Assembly: GCA_963779615.1 (NCBI GenBank)
Contig: CAVZZA010000003.1
Coordinates: forward strand, 800,001-864,000
Length of the DNA: 64,000 nucleotides
Direction: 5' to 3'
DNA from: an uncultured Nitrososphaeraceae archaeon
GTDB taxonomy: Archaea > Thermoproteota > Nitrososphaeria > Nitrososphaerales > Nitrososphaeraceae
The position numbers were made by a program, and so were the translations under genes. Positions 22,082 through 31,235 of this stretch are shown here, piece after piece. The notes under the pieces were generated by a model. That model worked only from the letters and a program-made list of their open reading frames with translations, searched no databases and was not told where the DNA came from. Each line of letters opens with the position of its first letter. The first letter of the stretch is position 1.

Positions 22082-23431
22082 TTATTTTTTATTTTTATGG
22101 ATTTCGTTCATGACGTATTGCATATAATCGACCATTTCAGTTTTATCCAATGACGTTTCAACTCCAGATGCTTCCGAAATTTTATCTTCAAGATTCTTTG
22201 CAATGGTCAATACTCGGGATTCTAATTCTTTATTTCTATAAGCAGTGCCAATACTACCAAGGAAATTGGCTTGCTCAGTTACAGATTTCCTAATTGATCT
22301 TAGAAGTACATTATCCCGCGAAACAATTTGGGCTGCCGAATATAGTCCTGAATAAATAAAGTAGCATGAGAATCCAATAAGAGAAATCGAAAGCAGGCCA
22401 AATGGCGGATATGCAGCCTGAGTAGCATTGGCAGATCCCGTAATATAGAAAAATAAAAATCCGAATGCAGCTAACATCAATTGAGTTCTGACTGCAGAGC
22501 CCATCTTAATGGTTTTTGCTATTGATAAGAAAGAGGTTCCAAATATGATTCCTGAAAGAAGTCCTGCAAAAGAGAATATGAGAATATTTAGGAAAGCATT
22601 TGCGTCACCAAAAGGATCTAAATACCCCAACGCAAAAAGAGGAAATTCTATATTGTAATAAATAAGAGATATAATCATTATAGACCAAAACTTGTGTCTT
22701 CCAATTCTGTGTAGATATCTATATAGCAATTTTACACTGCCTATCCAGGTTAAGATAAATGCAGTTACGGAAAAACCATTGTTAATTAAATTAATTTGAC
22801 TTCCGATAAATTCACTACTAAATTCAGGAAAATAAGCAACATTACCTAAAGAGATAATCGGTTCTTGCTGTGCCAATGTATCCAATGCGTAAATCAAACC
22901 GAATAACCCATTCGCAACATAGGCTATCATAGCAAGTGTAAATATCAGGATAATGTTATTTTTATCAAAATTCTTATACCATAGGATGAATGCTCTTGTC
23001 AATAGTCCCAATATACCAATCCAAATTCCAAAACTAATAATGTAAATAATGTATAGAAAAGCGGTATAATATTCTTGAAATATCGCAATCTGTAGAACAA
23101 CAGAAGTTAACATTATTACGATTATAATTTGTGATATGAATATTATAAAAAAAACTAATTTGAAATGAATGTATTTTACTTTTGTCAGTTTTTCGATATT
23201 TTTAACACGATAAATAATAAAAACAGATGATAAAATTAGAAATATTGTCAAACCTACATATAGAAGAATCCCAGGCAAAGAGGATACATATTCGGGAATA
23301 AAATCTGAGATAATACCGATCTGAGAATCTATAATAACAGAGATAATCATGAATATAAAGACAATCAGAATTCGGTTGTTTTTGGGTTTCACAGAAGATG
23401 ATATACCATCCACATAATTTTTAATGTTCAT
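22082..23431 (-). CDS. Polytopic membrane protein (~10-11 TM) with soluble C-terminal tail, uncharacterised Nitrososphaeraceae-type family
   Basis: 449 aa with alternating hydrophobic helices, YPPFGL, and tail LRSIRKSV..FLGSIGTA..SGVETSL..DYMQYV. Confidence 0.85.
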   Translation of the reverse strand: MNIKNYVDGISSSVKPKNNRILIVFIFMIISVIIDSQIGIISDFIPEYVSSLPGILLYVGLTIFLILSSVFIIYRVKNIEKLTKVKYIHFKLVFFIIFISQIIIVIMLTSVVLQIAIFQEYYTAFLYIIYIISFGIWIGILGLLTRAFILWYKNFDKNNIILIFTLAMIAYVANGLFGLIYALDTLAQQEPIISLGNVAYFPEFSSEFIGSQINLINNGFSVTAFILTWIGSVKLLYRYLHRIGRHKFWSIMIISLIYYNIEFPLFALGYLDPFGDANAFLNILIFSFAGLLSGIIFGTSFLSIAKTIKMGSAVRTQLMLAAFGFLFFYITGSANATQAAYPPFGLLSISLIGFSCYFIYSGLYSAAQIVSRDNVLLRSIRKSVTEQANFLGSIGTAYRNKELESRVLTIAKNLEDKISEASGVETSLDKTEMVDYMQYVMNEIHKNKK

Positions 23432-23659
23432 ACATATTATCGTTAAACGATGTTGTTGAATTTATAGAATTGTGAATATATTAAATAACCTCAACCCTAG
23501 GTATTAGACGGTGCGTCAAAAGTAAATATTTAGAGAATTTGTAACAAAAAAGGCTTTTCGTCCAGTATCGCATATGGAATAAATCTTAAGCGAATCCAAA
23601 TAACATTATCTATTTTTAACTAGAAATTTTATTTCTGGTCTAATCCATCCGTGGGTGCT

Positions 23660-23676
23660 AATGCCGATATCGGTTC
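23660..23676 (+). repeat. 17-bp direct repeat with palindromic core (right copy)
   Basis: AATGCCGATATCGGTTC, followed by CCTATAACGGATC. Confidence 0.85.
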
Positions 23677-23861
23677 CCTATAACGGATCACAAAACAAAA
23701 GAGAAATGTTATTCTAAATATCTTTAGATACTTTGGTTGTTTAGTCAAATTAAGGCTTATGTATAATGTATGCCAATCAGGAAATTCTTTAAACAACACG
23801 AGTATCCGGAGCCTCCAAAGCATATTATAACTTTTAAGATAAAGTAAGCATTAGTTATGAC

Positions 23862-24528
23862 GGCTCTGTTCACTTAACCATAAGGCTAAAGCTTGAAGGA
23901 GCTCTATCCCCTTTGTGGTTAGCAGAAACAGAACACCTTCATCATACATTGGCTATGGTCTTTATTTGTACTTCTCGGGGTTGTCCTTAAGGCGTGTTTC
24001 AGAAAGATTGTCTTGCTCTGTCAAGCGAAACCACGTTTCAGTCTGGAACTGGATTCAGAAATACAAACCTAAAAGGATGTATTCAAGAAGGAAAACGATA
24101 TTCGACTTTATCATTGATGAGACATTAATCAAAGCAGGCTCGGAGTTAGTGTGGCTGTGGGTAGCCATTGAGCCAAAAAACAGGCAGATTCTCGCATTGT
24201 CAATCTCCAAGGAAAGAAACATGTTTGTTGCAGAGAGGTTTATCTCAGGATTTATCAAGATTTGCGGAAAGCATCCGGTTTCAACAGACGGTGGCACATG
24301 GTATCCACAAGATTGTGGGTTCTTGAAGATAACGCATCACATCCATTCCCCTTTGGAGAAAAGCCTGATTGAAAGGACGATGCAGTAAATCAAGGACAGG
24401 TCTGAATGCTTTGACGACTACTTTCCCTGCAGGTTGAAGAATTGCAACCTAAAGCATGTTCGGAACTGGCTGAACCTGTTTGTAGATTACCATAACAAGG
24501 AGATAAAAACGCTTAAGTGAACACAGCC
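23862..24528 (+). mobile_element. IS6-family insertion sequence; transposase has one internal stop
   Basis: IRs GGCTCTGTTCACTTAA / TTAAGTGAACACAGCC. 8-bp TSD GTTATGAC (23854-61, 24529-36). IDET, STDGG, IER motifs. TAA at 24386 with the frame continuing to 24520. Confidence 0.95.
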
Positions 24529-24529
24529 G

Positions 24530-24874
24530 TTATGACATAGATTGATTCATTATTCTTTTATCATATGCCTCAATTATCTTTTGTAAACCATGTTCTTCTT
24601 CCTTTGCTGCATCGATAAATTCATCTAAAAAGCTGCATTCTTTCACAATTCTGACCTTATCAAAGAAATCCTGGTTATGTAATCTCTCAAGTTCTATGAT
24701 CTCAGAAGTAGATGATTCGTTATATGCAGACTTAATTAGATTTTTTTGAATCAGTAATCGGTTATAGCGACTGGCTGCAAAATAGCGCCTAAAGAGATTC
24801 AACCTCTCCTTCTTACCGATCCTCTCAAGTTCTCCTTTATCAGGGAATTTAAAATCAATCATCTTGTTGGTCAA
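24530..24874 (-). CDS. Hypothetical helical protein
   Basis: Clean, charged 114-aa ORF (FAASRYNRLLIQ). No family recognised. Confidence 0.65.
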   Translation of the reverse strand: MTNKMIDFKFPDKGELERIGKKERLNLFRRYFAASRYNRLLIQKNLIKSAYNESSTSEIIELERLHNQDFFDKVRIVKECSFLDEFIDAAKEEEHGLQKIIEAYDKRIMNQSMS

Positions 24875-25034
24875 CCGTAAGCAAATCTTGGTACTATCGC
24901 CTAATCAATATTTTCTTATTGAGTTTGGAATGGCAGATTTAAGTTGTAGTTTATTGTCAATTTCTCTTAGTATCCATTATTTGTGATATTTGATTGTAGT
25001 AAACACGTATAATTATGCCTTATCTACTTCCTCA

Positions 25035-25330
25035 ATGGATTAAAATCAAAATATGCGCAGATATGACCGTGCGAGCAGGATACTTTGACACTGGTCTGAA
25101 GGTTAGTGCTATCACCGGCCTTCTTTAGCTGTGCACTAGACTCCCAAACTGCATAGCCGATGAATGTGCCACTGCCACCAACGCCTTTGCGGAGCTGACC
25201 TGAAATGAATCCAGGCTGGCTGTTGACTAAAGGCGTATGATGACTTTATTAAGGTGTAATAGCCGCTCTACCCACACATTAAAATTTACACATAATAACT
25301 AAAGATACACATACCTACCCATTTTCTCTT
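25035..25330 (-). pseudogene. Antibiotic biosynthesis monooxygenase (ABM) remnant
   Basis: Minus frame SQPGFISGQLRKGVGGSGTFIGYAVWESSAQLKKA resembles the ABM pattern QPGFIS.QLH.G..GS..F.NYAVWES. Flanks are broken. Limits approximate. Confidence 0.75.
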
Positions 25331-25430
25331 TTCCTTCCCTTTCTTCTCCTTCTTTTTGGATTCTTAGTATATCTGCACTATAATTAGTAGTTTCTACTTG
25401 TCTGAGCACCTGATACACATCTTTATTGTT

Positions 25431-25552
25431 AAAAAATTAAAAAACCTTTCCAATCTTTTTGGATATTTTTCTCTGGTTACTGGCGACTTTAGCGCAAACA
25501 GATACAGTGACCAGATATCAGGTTCACGATTATTCTCATTTTCAATCAACAC
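25431..25552 (-). pseudogene. Tyrosine integrase 5' stub (copy 2)
   Basis: GTG at 25552 reads VLIENENNREPDIWSLYLFALKSPVTREKYPKRLERFFNFL. 25431-25498 is identical to 20311-20378. Confidence 0.8.
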
Positions 25553-25606
25553 TTTTTTCTTTACACCTTAATTTAGTAAAACCACTTAAAAGAACCGTTA
25601 TAGGGG

Positions 25607-25622
25607 TGGGCCCAAGGGGTTT
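25607..25622 (-). mobile_element. att-like tRNA 3'-end fragment (copy 2)
   Basis: Minus strand AAACCCCTTGGGCCCA, 54 bp upstream of the stub start. Confidence 0.75.
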
Positions 25623-25741
25623 AGTAATAGATATATTACGAATCCAAATGCAAAAATAAGGCCACATTTCTTTTTATATGGATTAATAATTCAAAAAATC
25701 AAGTAAAACAGGGAGTTTTTATCCAATAACCTATTACTATA

Positions 25742-26737
25742 ATGATGGATGAGTTAACACTCAAACAATTGAGGGGCTCTAATTTTTATTCCCCAGAAAT
25801 TATTGATCTTGTTTTTGATTCCAATAAAATGGTGGAAATTATAACAGACTGGGTCAATATTGCCGAAAAAGGATTTGATACGCTATGGGATCCAATTATG
25901 TTTGATTTTTTATGTAAATACTGTAGAGAGGGTATGTACCTAGCTAAAAGACAGATCAAGGAAAAAGGTATCAAAATACGAATGATTACCGAAACAACAA
26001 AAGAAAATCTCGGTTTCATAGACTCCCTGAATTGTCCTAATATGAGACATTTAGATGGCATTAGGGGCAACTTTGGAATTTTTGATCAACGAGCTTACAT
26101 GGTATACATTTTTCATAAAGAAAATGAAAAACCCGATCAAGCTCTTTGGAATAATTCAAAAGTTTTAGTGGACCAACAGCAAATTCTTTTTAACAAGCTA
26201 TGGAAAATATCAATTCCATTTTCTACTAGAAAAACAGAATTAGAGAATGCCGAAAACCCTCCCCGGAAAAAAATTTTTACAGACTATAAAGATATTCAGC
26301 AGGAACTAGTTTCAATAGTAGAACAGTGCAGAAAGGAACTTTGGATATTTTCTTCTACCAAATTATTTAATCACGTTATAAACAAAAACAATTTCCTGAA
26401 ATACTCTAACACACTTTTAAAAAAAGACATACGGGTCAAAATTCTATTTGATGGTATTGACCTAAACATACTGAAACAAATCCGTGAAATAAATAATACA
26501 ACTAGCAGTAATCAAATCCAAATCGGCTATACAAACAAGTTGGGAAATTTTAATGAACTGGTAGTAATAAATGACCAAAAATCTGTATTGAAGATAAAAT
26601 ATGACAATACCTTAAATCTAGGTGCTTCAGTATCAAATGAAGAACACCAAATAGTCTTGCAAGGTATCCTATTTGAAAAATATTGGAATGAGATAGAAAG
26701 TCTATCATCATTAAATAACATGACTAAAGGAGATTAA
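25742..26737 (+). CDS. Tandem TrmB/PLD-like sensor-domain protein without kinase module
   Basis: RMITETTKEN..RHLDGIRGNFGIFD..QQQILFNKLW and a second degenerate unit ending ILFEKYW. Resembles N-termini of Nitrososphaeraceae histidine kinases. No H or G boxes. Confidence 0.7.
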   Translation: MMDELTLKQLRGSNFYSPEIIDLVFDSNKMVEIITDWVNIAEKGFDTLWDPIMFDFLCKYCREGMYLAKRQIKEKGIKIRMITETTKENLGFIDSLNCPNMRHLDGIRGNFGIFDQRAYMVYIFHKENEKPDQALWNNSKVLVDQQQILFNKLWKISIPFSTRKTELENAENPPRKKIFTDYKDIQQELVSIVEQCRKELWIFSSTKLFNHVINKNNFLKYSNTLLKKDIRVKILFDGIDLNILKQIREINNTTSSNQIQIGYTNKLGNFNELVVINDQKSVLKIKYDNTLNLGASVSNEEHQIVLQGILFEKYWNEIESLSSLNNMTKGD

Positions 26738-26829
26738 ACTCCTGATAAATCACCGGTAATGATGACCACTCTTTCTTGTTGATATCTTGCAAATGCAAGC
26801 AACATTCCTTCAAACTTGTCACCGTTCTT

Positions 26830-27214
26830 TTAAATTGTAATTATAATTTTCCAGTTAATTATAATTCCATTCATTTCACAAAATAGCTTGACAGGTTTAA
26901 GATAGTTCTTTATGGTCTCTGTCGATATTTCTTTTCTTTCATCTCTTTGGTTTTGTACAGTAAAGAATTTGATAAGTTCGCCTTCCAACCAACTAACTCC
27001 CCTTTCTATAATCAGTCCATAAAATGAATTGGACTTTTCTTCGATTGATAAATCTTTGATTTGTAAATAATCAAGAAAAACTTTTAATCTTTTAGGGTAA
27101 TGCCTTTTTGATTCTGATGACCTCAAAGCATAGATAAATTTGATGAGGAGAAAGGCCTGCATTCTCACAGACTTGAGTAGTTGATGAAGACGATGGGGAA
27201 GAGAGCAAAGTCAT
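26830..27214 (-). pseudogene. Tyrosine integrase N-terminal fragment (copy 3, longest)
   Basis: ATG 27214, frameshift ~27140, then FIYALRSSESKRHYPKRLKVFLDYL...EISTETIKNYLKPVKLFCEMNGIIINWK. Catalytic domain absent. Confidence 0.8.
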
Positions 27215-27264
27215 TTAATTACAATAGATTTAGTGTGGGCCTTTAAAAACGAACAGATGTATTA

Positions 27265-27287
27265 TGGGCCCAAGGGGGTTTGAACCC
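27265..27287 (-). mobile_element. att-like tRNA 3'-end fragment (copy 3)
   Basis: Minus strand GGGTTCAAACCCCCTTGGGCCCA (GGG-TTCAAAC-CCCCT-TGGGCCC-A). No tRNA 5' half upstream. Confidence 0.85.
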
Positions 27288-27409
27288 TATATGATTGGTG
27301 GTTAAATAGTTTCTCTTATCAACATTTCAAGAATTCACCATATTGTTTTATAAAGAATTGAAAAGAAGAGTTCACATTATATTCTCAAATATGTTTCCTA
27401 ATACTATTT

Positions 27410-27874
27410 TCACTTTTTTTTGTTAATCTTATCAGGAACTACTGATTCCTTTGTCTGTTGGTTTAATTGTATTAAGACATCGGATATCGGAATATCAAAC
27501 TCATATGCCATTTGAAGTATTTCATCTATTTTGGATACAAATTCTTTTTCGCCTATTTCAAGTTGAAAGCTATAAACATTGATCTCTTCAAGCAATGATT
27601 CTAATTTCTCTTCTGGTAATCCTATTCTATCCAATACTTTTTTTAGTCTAACGGATGAAGCAAAATGATTTACGTCAAGACCTTCTTTTTTTAACACTAA
27701 AGCAAGCCCCCTCATCAAGTCAATGTCAGGAATGTCTTTTCTGGCCTGTTGATGGATATCCGTTACAGTCCCCGCACCAATGCCGTTGTTTTCTGCTATT
27801 TTGTTACGGGTAAATCCCTGGAGCCACTCATTTAATACCTTTGTTTTTATTGACTGGGGAATTTTGGCAACCAT
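27410..27874 (-). CDS. N-terminal HTH protein, probably truncated, mobile-element associated
   Basis: KVLNEWLQGFTRNKIAENNGIGAGTVTDI HTH pattern followed by a helical region. Confidence 0.7.
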   Translation of the reverse strand: MVAKIPQSIKTKVLNEWLQGFTRNKIAENNGIGAGTVTDIHQQARKDIPDIDLMRGLALVLKKEGLDVNHFASSVRLKKVLDRIGLPEEKLESLLEEINVYSFQLEIGEKEFVSKIDEILQMAYEFDIPISDVLIQLNQQTKESVVPDKINKKK

Positions 27875-27974
27875 TATTTATTTTAACAATTTATTAACTA
27901 CCGAAGTATATAAAATATAAAAAAAATATGGGTTGAAACATTATGCTTTGATTGTGCTTGTAATGTGAAGTCAT

Positions 27975-28094
27975 CATTTGACCACCATTTGACCACCATT
28001 TGACCACCATTTGACCACCATTTGACCACCATTTGACCACCATTTGACCACCATTTGACCACCATTTGACCACCATTTGACCACCATTTGACCA
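27975..28094. repeat. Tandem repeat (CATTTGACCAC) x ~10.9
   Basis: Ten perfect 11-bp units plus a 10-bp partial unit, with no spacers. Confidence 0.98.
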
Positions 28095-28569
28095 TATTAA
28101 AGTATTTGACGCTATTGCAGAGTATAAAACCATCATGAACAAATGAACATATTGATCTTAACAACGGGTTAGTAATATAGACGCTTAAAGGCTAATTTAC
28201 AAGGATATCATAAAGTTTTTGCCATAATGAATGGGTTCATAATCTAGTTAATGTAATTAATGCATAGTCACAAAAAATCTTCCACTTATAATGCTGCCAT
28301 ATGATCAGAATATAACAATAAACAAAGATGACCAATTTTACAATCGCCATAAAAATCACAATTATCATAAAGCCTTTTCCATGGTTAAAATAAAAACACC
28401 ATAGTCCAATTCAATGGCAGAGGTACAGGGTATATTGTCATATTGCTTTGATGCGAACGTGTACTGACTCTCACCTGATATAAAACACAGAGAATTTTTC
28501 CAAAATGCAAATGTTGAACTAGAGTTTGACACCATACTCAAGCACCACATATTCTATAATTACAAAAAA

Positions 28570-28842
28570 TTATGGGGCTAATGTTGTTTTGCTGTTCCAC
28601 TGCACGGTCCATTTTTTTAAGTAGAGGATAACCAAAATCGCATAAACCAAAAGTTTGACGGGAATTGAAAATGGAAAGGGAACAAGAAATGAAACAGGAA
28701 TGTTTATTACCCATATCAGTAGCAAAATCAACAAGAACCTTCTTAGTTTCTCTATCCTATATGCGGCCCACAAATTCAGAATGGGAATTACTGAAAACAC
28801 CATCTGTTCTCTGACGCTTATGATCTTGCTTTTAGTTTCCAT
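28570..28842 (-). CDS. Small membrane protein
   Basis: QMVFSVIPILNLWAAYRIEKLRR plus two TM helices and KKWTVQWN. Confidence 0.7.
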   Translation of the reverse strand: METKSKIISVREQMVFSVIPILNLWAAYRIEKLRRFLLILLLIWVINIPVSFLVPFPFSIPVKLLVYAILVILYLKKWTVQWNSKTTLAP

Positions 28843-29415
28843 TTATTTTTTCATCATGCCCATTTCATTGATTTATAGAGCCCCTTTATTTTAAATGCTT
28901 GATGTTAATGCTCTTTGAAAGGTTAAAACAACAGAGTTTGTTTTATGCATCCAAACAGCAATCATTTTTGTCAAATCATAATCAGTGTTACTATCCACAA
29001 TAAATAATTGATCTTATTCAGCATCATCAAAAAGAGTATCCCTAGCGGCAAATCTACAAACATACACCCATCTTCTGTAAAAAAACCCAATCCAATGCGG
29101 GAAGGGGAAGCTGACACGTGCATGAAAATATTGGGTCAGCTGGCATCAAAACCAACCAAGGTTTTCAATCTTTGCACCATTACCAAGGCATGCCTAGCCA
29201 TCGTAGAGGAAAGTGTTTGAACCCAGGCAAAGAGGTTTCTTTTTGGGAGAACAATCATCTTATGCATATAGGTAGGTTATGCCTGTGACACAACACAAAA
29301 AAACACCATTATCTGTGTTTGATGGTGACAACTTTCCCCCTTTTTAATTTTTTTCAAAAAACTATGAATATCAAGTACAATTTATGTACATCGGTTTTTA
29401 ATATTCTCTCTATAC

Positions 29416-30060
29416 ATGGCCTTACCAATGGAACTACTGAATTTTATCAACAGCGCCTTCATAATTCCCGATAACTTTTTCAACAAGGTTTTAACCTCTA
29501 GCATCCAGTTATTGGCAGTTGTTGAGCCTTTTGGGATAATACCAATATTGATAAACCTAACAAAGGAGATGGAAAAGGAAACAAGCAAGGCACTGTCAAA
29601 AACCGCCGCCGTAACATCTGCGCTGTTATTGATGGTTTTCGGAATCGCGGGAACACAAATTTTATCGACCTTTGGAATCACAGTTAGCAGTTTCATGGTT
29701 GCCGGAGGAGCTTTATTGTTTATAGTATCTTTGGAGATAATGAGGCACGGTGAATTGAGAAACATAAAGAATGAACTAAACAACACAGGGGTTGTGCCCA
29801 TTGCTTTTCCCCTGATAGCTGGACCTGGGGCCATTACCTCGGTAATGATTTCCCATCAGAATGACGGACCCATAGTGACAGTAATATCAATAATAATCGT
29901 AATCAGCATAACCTACCTTGTATTGCGTTTGATTAAGCCAATTTACAGGGTTTTGGGAAACAGAGGCTCTGAAGTGATTTCCAGGATTTTCGCGGTCATA
30001 TTAGCGGCGATTGCAATCCAGTACATAGTAGAGGGCTTGAGAAATATTATCATACGATAG
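29416..30060 (+). CDS. marC: MarC family membrane protein
   Basis: VVEPFGIIP, FMVAGG, VVPIAFPLIAGPGAIT, ILAAIAIQYIVEG. Confidence 0.93.
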   Translation: MALPMELLNFINSAFIIPDNFFNKVLTSSIQLLAVVEPFGIIPILINLTKEMEKETSKALSKTAAVTSALLLMVFGIAGTQILSTFGITVSSFMVAGGALLFIVSLEIMRHGELRNIKNELNNTGVVPIAFPLIAGPGAITSVMISHQNDGPIVTVISIIIVISITYLVLRLIKPIYRVLGNRGSEVISRIFAVILAAIAIQYIVEGLRNIIIR

Positions 30061-30571
30061 CAAGCAAGCAAGCAAACATGCAAACAATCACGAGTCCTGC
30101 GGCCATCCTTCTATATTTGGCAATGTTTTGCTTGTTTGGAATTTTTTTTCTTTTTTTTCAGATTTATCTTGAAAACCAACTTCCAGCCTTTACAGCATCA
30201 CAAACAAAGGATTTCCATGCAAAATGATTTCTTCAGCAACTTAGTTAGATCGACAAAAAGTTTCATCATCATAAATAATTCCAATCCCATAGGAAACCAT
30301 CTGCATTGCTTGCTTCTAGCTCAATGAGGAAAAAAACGGTCAATGGTGCCTAGGCATACACGTATTCGCAAACACAGCTATGCATGCACACGCGCGCGCA
30401 CAAACCGTCAGCCTCATAAAAACAAACAAATTACTTTTCACTGGTAAAGGAAAATAGATACAAAACTCATCACAAATTCCTTCAATTTATTCGGGATTCA
30501 AAACCACCACCAAAATGAAAAATATCCGGCTCCAATATCAAATTAAAATACCAACCTGCGCCAAAGACCAT

Positions 30572-30991
30572 GTGACACTAATTTCAGCCAGCAGGGACAT
30601 TGACTCCACAGTAGATAAGGTATGGAATGTTATTTCGGATACAGACAGAGATCCCGAGTATTGGCATGGGACAAGATCTGTGAAAAACATCAAAAAGGAG
30701 GGTAACGTGATAGAGAGGGAAACGGTAATCGCATTTAAAGAATCAAAGTGTAGAGAAATAGTAACACTGTACGATAAAAATCAAATTACAACAGAGATAA
30801 TTGATGGGCCTGTTATTGGGAAAAAAATTGTTACACTGGAAAAAATAGACGAAAACAAGTCAAGGATAAACGTAAAATGGGACATACATGTGAAGGGTTA
30901 TGCCGGGTTATTTTCATTTTTTGTAAAAAAACACATTTTGAAAGGAACCAAAGAGGCACTTGCCAGAATAGCAAACAAGGCGGTAGAATAA
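30572..30991 (+). CDS. SRPBCC/START (polyketide cyclase-like) protein
   Basis: ISASRDIDSTVDKVWNVISD..PEYW..GTKEALARI. GTG 30572 preferred over 30515. Confidence 0.85.
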   Translation: MTLISASRDIDSTVDKVWNVISDTDRDPEYWHGTRSVKNIKKEGNVIERETVIAFKESKCREIVTLYDKNQITTEIIDGPVIGKKIVTLEKIDENKSRINVKWDIHVKGYAGLFSFFVKKHILKGTKEALARIANKAVE

Positions 30992-31235
30992 CAGAGCAAT
31001 TAATTAAATCAAACATATCAAAACAATATACAAAAGGCAATCTCATAAACAGGGCAATTGTTTATGCACATGTAAAAAAATTTAGGATAAACGCAGCAAA
31101 GTTTTCCAGCACAAAATGATAAGGGTAGAGAAAAAATGCAGCAAAGACAACAATGCCCTTTAAAGTTTAGAAATAAAAACAAAACACATTCTCCTTCTTT
31201 ATTGAAGGAACAAAAATAATTGGGTGAGCTATACT

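Noticed and set aside
25459-25659. 66-aa plus-strand ORF
   Set aside because: Antisense of integrase stub 2 and its att site.
27230-27350. Intact tRNA gene at the longest att fragment
   Set aside because: Only the T-arm and acceptor 3' strand are present. The upstream sequence has no anticodon arm, D arm or GGGCCC 5' end.
27894-28164. ORFs with repeated WWSNGGQMVVK
   Set aside because: Artefacts of the stop-free 11-bp array, since all frames give the same 11-aa cycle. Not CRISPR either, because there are no spacers.
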